Below, piece after piece: positions 26,501 through 34,800 of a stretch of 45,578 nucleotides of DNA. How positions within the stretch are numbered: the first letter of the stretch is position 1; each line of letters begins with the position of its first letter. Position numbers and translations under genes: made by a program. The notes beneath the pieces are model-generated. The model was not told the origin of the DNA and made no database searches. It worked only from the letters and a program-made list of their open reading frames with translations. Origin of the DNA: Armatimonadota bacterium (lineage in GTDB: Bacteria > Armatimonadota > Hebobacteria > Hebobacterales > Hebobacteraceae); the NCBI GenBank assembly GCA_050010895.1, contig JBEKKD010000002.1, positions 1 through 45,578 of the forward strand, read 5' to 3'.

Positions 26501-28121
26501 GATGCCGGATGGCGAAGAGCATCGCGACACCTGGAACGACCGGCTCGAGGGCGCCGTCGAGAAAGCGGCGACGATCCCGGCTCAAGCGGTCCCGGATGCC
26601 TCCACCATCCTCGTCAAGATCTACCCGGGTCTGTTCAGTCAGGCGGTGGAGGGGCTGGACTCGCTGCTCCGGATGCCGTTCGGCTGCTTCGAGCAGACCA
26701 GCTCCGTAACCTACCCGAACGTGCTCGTCCTCGACTACCTCAAGACCACCAAGCAAGCGAAGCCCGAGATCCAGATGAAAGCCGAGCAGTACGTCAATGT
26801 CGGCTATCAGCGGCTGCTCTCCTTCGAGGTAAAGGGCGGGGGCTTCTCCTGGTTCGGTGACGCTCCGGCGCACAAGGTGCTCACCTCCTATGGGCTGCTC
26901 GAGTTCCACGACATGAGTCGAGTGCATCAGGTCGATGAGAACGTCATCACTCGCACTCAGGACTGGCTCGCCGGCCTCCAGCAGAAGGACGGGACCTGGG
27001 AGCGCGATCCCGGCGGAATCGCCGAGGGGATCATCAACCGCCAGACTGACGTGCTGCGCGTTACCGCGTACATCACCTGGGCACTGGCTGAATCCGGCTA
27101 CAAAGGCCAGACCCTGGACCGCGCTTTCAGCTATCTCGACGCGCATTGGGCAGACGCCAAAGACCCCTACGCACTGGCTGTGACCGCCAACGCCTACCTG
27201 AGCGGCAGGCCGGATGCGAAGCTCGTCTCGGATGTGCTGGCTGCGCTCGCCAAACTGGCGGTGGTCGATGACAAGGGAGCGTACTGGAAATCGCAGGCGC
27301 CAACCTTCACCTCCGCTCAGAATGGGGCTGCAGATCTCGAGACAACCGCACTCGCCGCCTACGCGCTGGTCAAGTCGGGCCGCTACGTGGAGCTGACGAA
27401 CAAGGCGATCACCTTCCTGATCCGTTCCAAGGACAGCTTCGGCACCTGGCAGACGACTCAGGCGACAGTGTGGGCGTTGAAGACGCTGCTACTGGCGCTC
27501 AAACAGGCCGCGCAGGAGATCGACGCGACCGCGACGGTCGAGATCAATGGCAAGCAGGCCGCCTCCTTTCGCATCACTCAGGCTGACTACGATGTGGTCA
27601 GGCAAGTGGATGCGCGCCAGTTGATCCACGAAGGCAGGAATGATGTCAAGATCGCGCTGGACGGCAAAGGCAGCGCGCTGTACCAGATCGTCGCCAAGTA
27701 CTACATCCCCTGGGACCAGGTGAAGCGTCCTCCCCAGGAGTTGCTGAATATCGACGTGAGCTACGATCGGACATCGCTGGCGACCAACGACACCATCACC
27801 GCCTCTGTCCAGGTGACCAACAATGACCCGCGCGCCGCGAATATGATCGTGGTGGACCTTGGTCTGCCGCCTGGGTTCGAGGTCATGAGCGAAGACCTTC
27901 AGAAGCTGGCCGCCGAGAAAACGATCCAGAAGTTTACTGTCGCCGCCAGGCAGATCATCGTCTACCTGGACAGACTAGCGCCCCATAAGCCACTGGCCTT
28001 CTCTTACCGCCTCCGAGCGAAGTACCCGATCAAGGCAGCGACACCGGCCTCGAAGGTCTACCGCTACTACAACCCGGAGATCAGCGCGACTGCCAAGCCG
28101 ATTGACCTGGAAGTGAAGTAG
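23523..28121 (+). CDS. Alpha-2-macroglobulin family protein (bacterial A2M, thioester-containing), membrane-anchored or secreted
   Basis: The ATG at 23523 lies 10 nt after GAGGAG. The N-terminal hydrophobic anchor is WLVVIGLSVATAAVVG. Repeated MG-domain starts occur (DKPLYQPGQTIHLRV, DRPYYLPGQKLTGKV, DLKTYRPGQQAKLRF). The A2M/C3 motif is RQFFPETMYVNP, the thioester motif is MPFGCFEQTS, and the receptor-domain-like segment is MIVVDLGLPPGFEV. The product is 1532 aa. Confidence 0.9.
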   Translation: MTYGFRRSRKWLVVIGLSVATAAVVGTSASLSSGELSPLETVIRGQTDWLAAGPVSLRVIVTDHRTGRPARGTVQISIAPTDRHGSRSTQIFAGKLSGGTVNAAFQVPDVPPGRFEMAVNVASNLGKDTVTRSVTIKRETQILLTTDKPLYQPGQTIHLRVLALRKPSLTPAAGQTVTLEVEDSKGNKVFKQPLRASKFGLAFADFTLADEINFGTYTVRAVMEDGQSERTVDVKRYVLPKFKVAATTDRPYYLPGQKLTGKVQCDYFFGKPTSKSDVLITLSSFDVGFKEFAEIKGVTDDTGLFRFEADLPAYFVGQPLEQGSTFVKLDVEVTDRAEHTEKVTQTVPVANSEWIVTAVPEAGEIKVGLENVVYVLVSTPDGQPVRDVLVLGSTSVMTRQMPEYVRGTTDDTGVAELRFQDMGRRSDANTTYLEVGVKDKAGRTVRREVNLPATRGEQALLLRADKAICKVGDSVHLAVLSTKQTGTTYIDVIRDNQTVLTQAVDLTHGRSQLSLPISHDMAGTLEVYAYQILPDENIIRDTRRIYVSPADDLVVEVRPDLKTYRPGQQAKLRFSVRDQKGKPTLAALGVTIVDESVFALQEMQPGLERVYFALEKELLKPRYEIHGFTPEGIISGRLPFEAPRPAEEEAARQRAAAVLFAAAEQRDPYTLTVNTYDERVQKAMDEWVKQVARDAERIDRALRAYYQRYRQYLGQNEDISVLVDEGLLRKRDVRDQWGRQYRVHWWQANCSLDSAGPDGKWGTSDDILGIGQWAKDGRGGGRGGMRGGGLGGGIMFKAAREAAGLDAVNAPMPAAAAPLQLAAAKPESAAQPQVRLRQFFPETMYVNPALITDERGQATATVEMADSITTWRLQALASSQRGQLGSATTGLRVFQDFFVDIDLPVALTQNDEVSMPVAVYNYLAKPQTVKLSLEEQPWFELVDGEAVRSLDIAASDIKVVYFRVRAKKIGMNALTVHAQGTTLSDAIKRQIEVMPDGEEHRDTWNDRLEGAVEKAATIPAQAVPDASTILVKIYPGLFSQAVEGLDSLLRMPFGCFEQTSSVTYPNVLVLDYLKTTKQAKPEIQMKAEQYVNVGYQRLLSFEVKGGGFSWFGDAPAHKVLTSYGLLEFHDMSRVHQVDENVITRTQDWLAGLQQKDGTWERDPGGIAEGIINRQTDVLRVTAYITWALAESGYKGQTLDRAFSYLDAHWADAKDPYALAVTANAYLSGRPDAKLVSDVLAALAKLAVVDDKGAYWKSQAPTFTSAQNGAADLETTALAAYALVKSGRYVELTNKAITFLIRSKDSFGTWQTTQATVWALKTLLLALKQAAQEIDATATVEINGKQAASFRITQADYDVVRQVDARQLIHEGRNDVKIALDGKGSALYQIVAKYYIPWDQVKRPPQELLNIDVSYDRTSLATNDTITASVQVTNNDPRAANMIVVDLGLPPGFEVMSEDLQKLAAEKTIQKFTVAARQIIVYLDRLAPHKPLAFSYRLRAKYPIKAATPASKVYRYYNPEISATAKPIDLEVK

Positions 28122-28298
28122 CCAGAGAATCGCAGGGCAGGAGATGAAGTTCTGCCCACTCTGTCGCACCGGGCGGCCGTTTGCGTGGAACTTTTTCCGC
28201 CCCCGTCCGTCAAACCAAACAGAGTTCGCTCGCTGAGGCACTGAAGAGAGAGAACTCCAAGACGAATAATGCACCCTCGCCTCCTTCACAGGGTGAAC

Positions 28299-28337
28299 GG
28301 GACAGGGACGGCAACCAAGGCCGTCCCTGTCCCTTTT
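28299..28337 (+). terminator. Rho-independent terminator
   Basis: A perfect 14-bp stem GGGACAGGGACGGC / GCCGTCCCTGTCCC has a 7-nt loop and is followed by TTTT. It lies 178 nt after the A2M stop. Confidence 0.8.
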
Positions 28338-28378
28338 GCCTGGGCCTGCTCTCGGGCCATCCAACTGCTGCCTGTTGT

Positions 28379-28406
28379 TTGACACAAACTCGATACATGG
28401 TATAAT
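28379..28406 (+). promoter_or_regulatory. Near-consensus sigma70 promoter of the dtxR-feoB operon
   Basis: TTGACA (28379-28384) is separated by 16 nt from TGgTATAAT (TG at 28398-28399, TATAAT at 28401-28406). It lies about 50 nt upstream of the ATG at 28455. Confidence 0.7.
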
Positions 28407-28420
28407 TTAGGTGAGCCTAA
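28407..28420. promoter_or_regulatory. DtxR/IdeR-type iron-box operator
   Basis: TTAGGTGAGCCTAA is an inverted repeat (TTAGG-n4-CCTAA). It resembles the core of the TTAGGTTAGCCTAACCTAA iron-box consensus. It abuts the -10 element and covers the expected transcription start. Confidence 0.6.
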
Positions 28421-28454
28421 AAAGATACTTCGTTTTCCCTAAGAGGTCGGCGCT

Positions 28455-29123
28455 ATGCCACATACCGGCGCACTCTCTGAAAATGTCGAGGAGTATCTCG
28501 AAGCCATCCATCGCCTCGCGGAGCGTCCCGGCGGGGCATCGACGACGTCTCTCGCCCGCCACCTGCGAATAACACCGGCATCGGTCACGGGGATGCTGCG
28601 GCGGCTGCGAGAGCTGGGGATGATTAGCTATCGGCGCTACCACGACATCGCTCTGACGGAGGATGGTCAGCGTCGTGCGCATGATCTCATCCGCCGGCAT
28701 CGCCTCGCTGAACGCCTGCTCACCGACGTCCTCAAGGTACCATTGGACGAGGCGCACCAGGAAGCGTGCCGTCTCGAGCACGTGATGTCGCCCCGGCTGG
28801 AGCAGCGCATGGCGGACGCTCTCGGAAGTCCTGTTTTCTGCCCGCACGGCCACCCGATGGACCTGGATGCAGCCGACGCCGCGGTGTCTCTTCTCGATGC
28901 GCCGCTGGGCGTAGATCTGGTCATTGCCCGTCTCGACAACGAATCGCCGGATGTCGTAAGGCATCTCTCCGAGCGTGCTCTCGTGCCGGGCGCCCAGGTC
29001 ATCGTGAAGCAGCGCGATCTGACCGCAGGAACGGTTGTGGTTGAGGCCTCCGGAGAGACGCATACACTGGGCGTCAGCATCGCGGAAACGGTGTGCGTGC
29101 GATCGCCCTGGAGGAAGCAGTGA
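28455..29123 (+). CDS. DtxR/IdeR/MntR-family metal-dependent transcriptional repressor with a C-terminal FeoA/SH3-like domain
   Basis: The wHTH is STTSLARHLRITPASVTGMLRRLRELGMI. The dimerisation and metal-site block is RRHRLAERLLTDVL...EAHQEACRLEHVMS...CPHGHP. The C-terminal domain is FeoA-like. The ATG follows AAGAGG. Confidence 0.9.
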   Translation: MPHTGALSENVEEYLEAIHRLAERPGGASTTSLARHLRITPASVTGMLRRLRELGMISYRRYHDIALTEDGQRRAHDLIRRHRLAERLLTDVLKVPLDEAHQEACRLEHVMSPRLEQRMADALGSPVFCPHGHPMDLDAADAAVSLLDAPLGVDLVIARLDNESPDVVRHLSERALVPGAQVIVKQRDLTAGTVVVEASGETHTLGVSIAETVCVRSPWRKQ

Positions 29124-29124
29124 C

Positions 29125-31155
29125 ATGACGGCTCGCGCCCTGCAGTTCGTACGCGGCCTCGTCACCGGTCAGCGCGGCTGCGGCTGCACCGCCTGCCCTC
29201 TTACTCCGGCTCTCGCCACCCGTAAGCTGGCGCTGTTTGGCTCCCCGAACGTCGGCAAGAGCCTGATATTCAACCACCTCACGGGATCATATGCGGTGGT
29301 CTCCAACTACCCCGGCACCACTGTGGAAGTGATGCGCGGAAAGGCGAGAGTGGGCGATGCGCTCCTCGATGTCGTCGATTGTCCCGGCTCATACTCCCTC
29401 GCGCCATTCTCCGAGGACGAGAGGGTCGCCCAGGACCTGCTGTTCGACGAGTCGCCGGACCTGGTGCTGCACGTCCTGGACGCGAAACACCTGCACCGCA
29501 TGCTCCCGCTGACGCTCCAGTTGATCGAGGCGGGAACGCGGTTGGCGCTGGACGTGAACGTGATCGACGAAGCCGAGAACCTTGGGCTTGGCGTGAACAC
29601 AGCCGCGCTGAGCAAAGCATTGGGCATCCCCGTGGTGGCCACCTCGGCCACGACAGGTCAGGGCTTGGAGGATCTGAACGCACTTCTCGCTGGTGCGCCG
29701 GCGGCGGCGTCGCAGCTCTCGGTCCAGTACCCCCAGGTGATCGAGCGCGCGGTCGCGCGGATTAGGCCGCTTCTCCGCGGGGAGTATGGGATCAGCAACA
29801 CGGGATTGGCACTGCTGCTGCTCCAACGGGACCAGGGAGCGCGCTCGCGGGTGATCCTCAGAGATCCAGAGTCGGTGGCCGAAATCGACCGAGTGGTCTC
29901 CGAGGCAGAGTCGCAGTACCCGCAGTCGCTCTCCGTGCCGGTCGCAGTGGCACGGCAGAGAGCAGCCGACGCCATCGCTCGAAAGGCGCTGACACGCGGC
30001 GCCAGGCGCAGGGACCGCCGATTCGTGGAGGCGCTGAGCCAGTTGACTGTGAGCCCGATCACCGGTATCCCGGTCCTGCTTGTCGTGCTCTACCTCATCT
30101 ATCTCGTAGTCGGCCGGTTGGGCGCGGGGGTGGCCGTGGACGTGCTCGACAAAGGGCTGTTCAGGCAGCATCTGAACCCGCCGATCACGGCGTTCATCGA
30201 GCGGCTGCTGCCCTGGCCCGCGCTCTCCTCGCTCTTCGTCGGCGAGTACGGCGTGATCACGCTGGGATTGCGATATGCCTTCGCCATCATATTGCCCCTC
30301 GTGGCGGCGTTCTTCCTGATGTTCGCCCTACTGGAGGACAGCGGCTACTTACCGCGACTCGCCCTGTTGGCGGACCGGCTCCTGAAGCGGATCGGCCTGT
30401 CCGGCCGGGCAGTCATCCCGATCATCCTGGGTCTGGGCTGCGATACCATGGCGACGATTGTGACGCGAGTCCTCGAGACCCGGCGCGAACGGGTCATTGC
30501 CACCTTCCTGCTCGCCCTCGCTATTCCGTGCTCGGCGCAGCTTGGGGTGATACTTGGCCTCCTGTCCCGACATCCTCTCGGGCTGCTCATCTGGGCTGGC
30601 GTCGTGCTGGGCGTGTTCCTGCTGTCCGGCTTCCTGATCTCCCGAGTTCTTCCCGGGGAGGCCTCGCGCTTCTACCTGGAGATCCCGCCGCTGCGCCTGC
30701 CGGCGCTGCGCAACGTTCTGGTGAAGACCTTCTCCCGCCTGAAGTGGTACGCCGCTGAAGTCATACCCCTCTTCCTGCTCGTGAGCGTTCTGATCTGGCT
30801 CGGCCAGCTCTCCCACCTCTTTCCCCTGGCCGTGGGCGCGCTGCGACCATTCGTGCACGTGATCGGCCTGCCGCCGGAGGCCGCCGACGCCTTTCTGTTC
30901 GGATTCCTGCGCCGCGACTACGGGGCGGCTCGCCTGTTTGATGTATCCGCACAGGGCGGGCTCACAGGCACTGCACTGGTGGTGGCGATGGTCACCATCA
31001 CGCTCTTCATCCCGTGCTTGGCGCAGTTCCTGGTCATGCAAAAGGAGCGGGGCCTGAAGACAGCGGTGGCGGTGGCCGCAATCATTCTCCCACTGGCATT
31101 CGCAGTCGGCTTTGCGCTGAACACTCTCTTGAAAGCGTGGCAGGTGCACATCTGA
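29125..31155 (+). CDS. feoB: Ferrous iron transporter FeoB
   Basis: The ATG at 29125 lies 7 nt after GGAGGAAG and 1 nt after the upstream stop. The G-domain motifs are GSPNVGKS, YPGTTV, DCPG and NVID. They are followed by a polytopic membrane domain. A 33-aa N-terminal extension contains CGCTAC. The product is 676 aa. Confidence 0.9.
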   Translation: MTARALQFVRGLVTGQRGCGCTACPLTPALATRKLALFGSPNVGKSLIFNHLTGSYAVVSNYPGTTVEVMRGKARVGDALLDVVDCPGSYSLAPFSEDERVAQDLLFDESPDLVLHVLDAKHLHRMLPLTLQLIEAGTRLALDVNVIDEAENLGLGVNTAALSKALGIPVVATSATTGQGLEDLNALLAGAPAAASQLSVQYPQVIERAVARIRPLLRGEYGISNTGLALLLLQRDQGARSRVILRDPESVAEIDRVVSEAESQYPQSLSVPVAVARQRAADAIARKALTRGARRRDRRFVEALSQLTVSPITGIPVLLVVLYLIYLVVGRLGAGVAVDVLDKGLFRQHLNPPITAFIERLLPWPALSSLFVGEYGVITLGLRYAFAIILPLVAAFFLMFALLEDSGYLPRLALLADRLLKRIGLSGRAVIPIILGLGCDTMATIVTRVLETRRERVIATFLLALAIPCSAQLGVILGLLSRHPLGLLIWAGVVLGVFLLSGFLISRVLPGEASRFYLEIPPLRLPALRNVLVKTFSRLKWYAAEVIPLFLLVSVLIWLGQLSHLFPLAVGALRPFVHVIGLPPEAADAFLFGFLRRDYGAARLFDVSAQGGLTGTALVVAMVTITLFIPCLAQFLVMQKERGLKTAVAVAAIILPLAFAVGFALNTLLKAWQVHI

Positions 31156-31880
31156 TGGATGAACGTGAACTGACCGAATCCGCGGAGGAGCTTCTGGGGA
31201 GCCTCTGGACCGCCCGCGAGGAGCAGAGCGTGCCCCGCGGGGCTGGTGACGGGCCCGAGGTGCACGAACTAGCTGAGGCGGGCCTTATCGTCAGCAGCGC
31301 CCAGGGAGCCGCGCTGACCGAGGCAGGCGAGGCAGAGGCCGCTGCGATCGTGAGAAGAGAACGCCTGGCAGAGCGCCTGCTGGCCGACGTGCTAGCCGTA
31401 GGCGACAGCGTCGCAACAGAAGCAGCCTGCAGATTCGAGCACCTTCTCCGTCGCGGGATCGACGACCAGATATGCACGCTGCTGGGACATCCAAGAGTGT
31501 GCCCGCATGGCAGCCCGATACCGCTTGGCGAATGCTGCCGGTCGGGGGCAGAGGACGCGACCCGAGTGGTCTCACCTCTCGCGGACATGGCGGCAGGTGA
31601 GAAAGGCGTTATCGCCTACATCCAGAGCCAGCGGCGCGAGCATCTGCACAGACTGATGACCATGGGGGCTCTTCCCGGCGCTCCTATCACGCTCCGCCAG
31701 AGGTTCCCGTCCTTCGTGTTCGATTTGGGGAACGGGCAGGTCGCGGTGGACGAAGATACGGCCCGGGACATCTACGTACGGCTCGATGGCCAGACGCACG
31801 CCGCCGCGGGGCGGCCGCACTGGCTCGCACGCCGGCTGCGGCGTTCCCGGCCGACACGGTCGCCGCGCGGACGACCTTAG
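31155..31880 (+). CDS. DtxR-like metal-sensing and FeoA-domain protein with a degenerate or shortened N-terminal HTH
   Basis: The ATG overlaps the feoB stop as TGATG. The DtxR dimerisation and metal block is retained (RRERLAERLLADVL...EAACRFEHLL...CPHGSP). The FeoA-like C-terminus is GEKGVIAYIQSQRREHLHRLMTMGALPGAPITLRQRFPSFVFDLGNGQVAVDEDTARDIYV. The helix-turn-helix segment is about 11 aa shorter than in the upstream paralog. Confidence 0.7.
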   Translation: MDERELTESAEELLGSLWTAREEQSVPRGAGDGPEVHELAEAGLIVSSAQGAALTEAGEAEAAAIVRRERLAERLLADVLAVGDSVATEAACRFEHLLRRGIDDQICTLLGHPRVCPHGSPIPLGECCRSGAEDATRVVSPLADMAAGEKGVIAYIQSQRREHLHRLMTMGALPGAPITLRQRFPSFVFDLGNGQVAVDEDTARDIYVRLDGQTHAAAGRPHWLARRLRRSRPTRSPRGRP

Positions 31881-34800
31881 TCGGACGTCTTCTTGGTTTC
31901 GGCTATCGCCGGCTCCGTTGCCCCCTTCACCTCGGCAGCGAGCTTGTCGCTGCCGATATTGCCGGCCGCGTTGAATGCCCTCACCTCAACCGTGTGTTTG
32001 CCGGGTGAGAGCGGATCGGTGCTGACAGTGAAGTCAACTGTCAGCGAGTCCACGGCCGCAAGAGGAAGCGACTGCCAATCGCCGTCGTCGACTCGGTACT
32101 CCACGCTTCGTATCGCCGACAGATTGTCGGTCGCCGTGCCGCTGAATCGCACCCGCCGGTCGGGAGCGACCACAAGCGAGCTCTTGAACAGCATCACCTG
32201 AGGCGGCGTGTTGTCGATCCAGACCACCACCGTGTCGTCGTCCTGCATCGGATCGGATGGTTCGCTCTGCCGGTAGCTGGCGATCACCTTCAGTATCACG
32301 CGCCCGTCGGCCGTGGGTGTCGTATCCCAGTCGAACTTCATCTCGGTCAGGTTCTGCTTCAAAATGCTCCACGTCTGGCCAAGATCGCGGGAGAGGAGGA
32401 GATCGTAAGTCAGGGTGTCCTTGTCAGGGTCGCGTGCCTCCCACTTGACAGTATACTTCTTCTGGATCCTGTCGCCCGGGGAGGGCGCCTTCAACGTGAC
32501 TTCAGGCGGCAGATTGGTCGGATGGTACGCCACATACACTTGCCACACGACCGGCGACACCTGGGCATCCGTCGTGCTGAAGTTCAGGCGGTACTGCAAG
32601 TGGTTGGCAGGCGGACTGATGATCGCACCGGACGCCACCGGCGCCCAGCCGCTCCACCCATCCTCTGGTGACGGCGCGTCCCCGCTGCGCGTTTCCACTG
32701 CTACTGCGGTCCCAGTTGGTGTTTCCGCCGTCAACTCGATGTGACCCCATTTCGCCGGGCGGCCGGCATCCAGCATCGCCGATTCCATAGTGCCTGACGA
32801 GGCATACCCGGGGCCGAATCGCATCACCGCGGCCGGCGCAGTGGTCCCCAGGTACATCGCGCCCCCGCTCACGGCAAGCGCAGTGGCGATGCCGGTCTCG
32901 GGCCTGAAATCCATCCGCAGTTTGCGGTCGGAGCCGATCCGCATGACGATCCCGTTCGGCCCGGTAGCCGCCACCAGGTCGCCGCCAGGCAAGATGCCGA
33001 GCCCGTATACGGTTTTCTCATCGGTCTCGGCGTATAGCTTCAGCGATTTGCCCTGCTCTATCCAGTACATATCCCCGGCCGGAGACGCCCCCGCGTAGAG
33101 ATTCCCATTCCCGTCCATGACGAGTGCGCCGACCTCATTCGATGGCACTTGGCCAACTGCGCTCGCGGTTCCATCCGGTTTGATCCGAAAGATCACGCCA
33201 CTATCGGATGTTCCGGCATAGAGATCGCCCGAAGGACTCAGGACAAGAGACTGCACATTGCTGGCCGGAAGCTCGGACACGAGCTTGGCCTTGCCGGCCG
33301 GATCCACCGCGTAGATCCTGGCCGGGGCCCCGCCCCCGGCATACACTGTGCCGTCGGGGCCGATTGCCAGGCACCACAGATAGGTGCTGTCGGAGTCGTA
33401 CACGACCTTCCCAGAGCCGTCGGGCGAGATGCGGAAGAGCTTGCCTCGTGGCGACGTGCCTGCGTACAGATCGCCGTCTTTGGCGAACGCGAGCGCGTGA
33501 ACATTCATCTCGCCCGTTCTGAAGAACGCGGGAGCGTCTCCCTTGCCCGGAATCCTGTAGATGACGCCGTCGCTGCCGGTGCCGGCATACACAGTGTCGT
33601 CCCGTACTGCCAGGCTCCAGATCTCGTCCGCGGGCAGCTTCGCAAGATCGCTGCGCTCCGGCCCCAGCATCAACCGGCCGTCATCGGCCATGGCGATGTT
33701 CCTCAGCTTCGCATGTCCATAGTCGGCCGGGTTCTCCTGGACCCACGTCTGCGGGCCGCGCGCGAGCGGCGTGCCTTCCTGCTCCGGCTTCGACTGATCC
33801 CCTTTCGCGGGCGCATCCGGCTTGCCAGTTCCCCTCGTCGCCCCCATCTCGGCCGGAGCCGCATACAGATCGCCCTCCGGCAGCGCGCTCCCCGCGCGTG
33901 TCTGGTAACTGATGTCCTCGTCCTGACCTTGATCGTCCTCGGGCGGTCCGCCCGGAGGGCCACCAGGTGGCGGCTGGGGCGGGCCCTGTGCCTGTGGCGG
34001 CTGAGGTGTGGGCGCGGCCGGCGCGATAGAGCTTTCCACCGACAGCGTTATCTGCTGCCTTCCCGACAGTGACCATTGCATCGGCGCGGTGATCTTCATC
34101 ACTGTCGTCGCCGGTCTCAGGTCGGTGGGATGACTGGCGCGAATCGCTTCGAGCGCGCCGCGGGGCGCATCCGGCAGCTCCTCTCCGAGCAGGGTGGCGC
34201 CGCTCCGCGGCAGCGCGGCCTGGACCACCAGGTCCTGTCGCCGGTCTTGTGTCAGATACCGCTCCACGAGCTGATTCATGGAAATCGGAGCGGGCTTCGG
34301 CGCACCGACCGACGCGCGCGCTTCATCGGCCTCGCCGCCTCCGGATATCACGAGACGAACTGCCCCTCGAGGCAGATCGCGCGGCAGCTTCAGCCGAACG
34401 GGCATCTCCACAATCTGCTTGCCGTACGGCCTTACGGAGATATTCAGCGTGACCTCGTCACCTGCTCTCACCCGGGACTGCGGAATCGTCACGCGTTCGA
34501 TGGTGGCGGTCCTTCGCTCCTGCTCGATCTCGACGCGCACCCGAACCCGCCGCATCTGCAGCTTCCCGAAGGGAGTATCCGTGAAGGCCGCCAGCGGGCG
34601 CAGCACAGCCGGCATGGCGGCAGCGGCGGCGTCGCCGTCGCTGTAGCTCAGGTCCTCCCGCTTCATCACGGGACGGCCCTCTGCCTCGACCTCGGTGATC
34701 ACGTGCACTGTTCCGCGGGAGGAGCGACCTCGCGTCTCATCCACCGCGGTCATCACAGAGATCGCCGCCAGACTCGGGAGCATCTCCCTGATCCGCGCGA

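Noticed and set aside
24951-27146. 731-aa - strand ORF
   Set aside because: It lies entirely inside and antisense to the A2M gene, whose thioester, FPET and MG motifs fix the true frame.
28181-28405. 74-aa (+) and 62-aa (-) ORFs after the A2M gene
   Set aside because: Both run straight through the 14-bp terminator stem and into the downstream promoter. No SD is present. They are implausible as genes.
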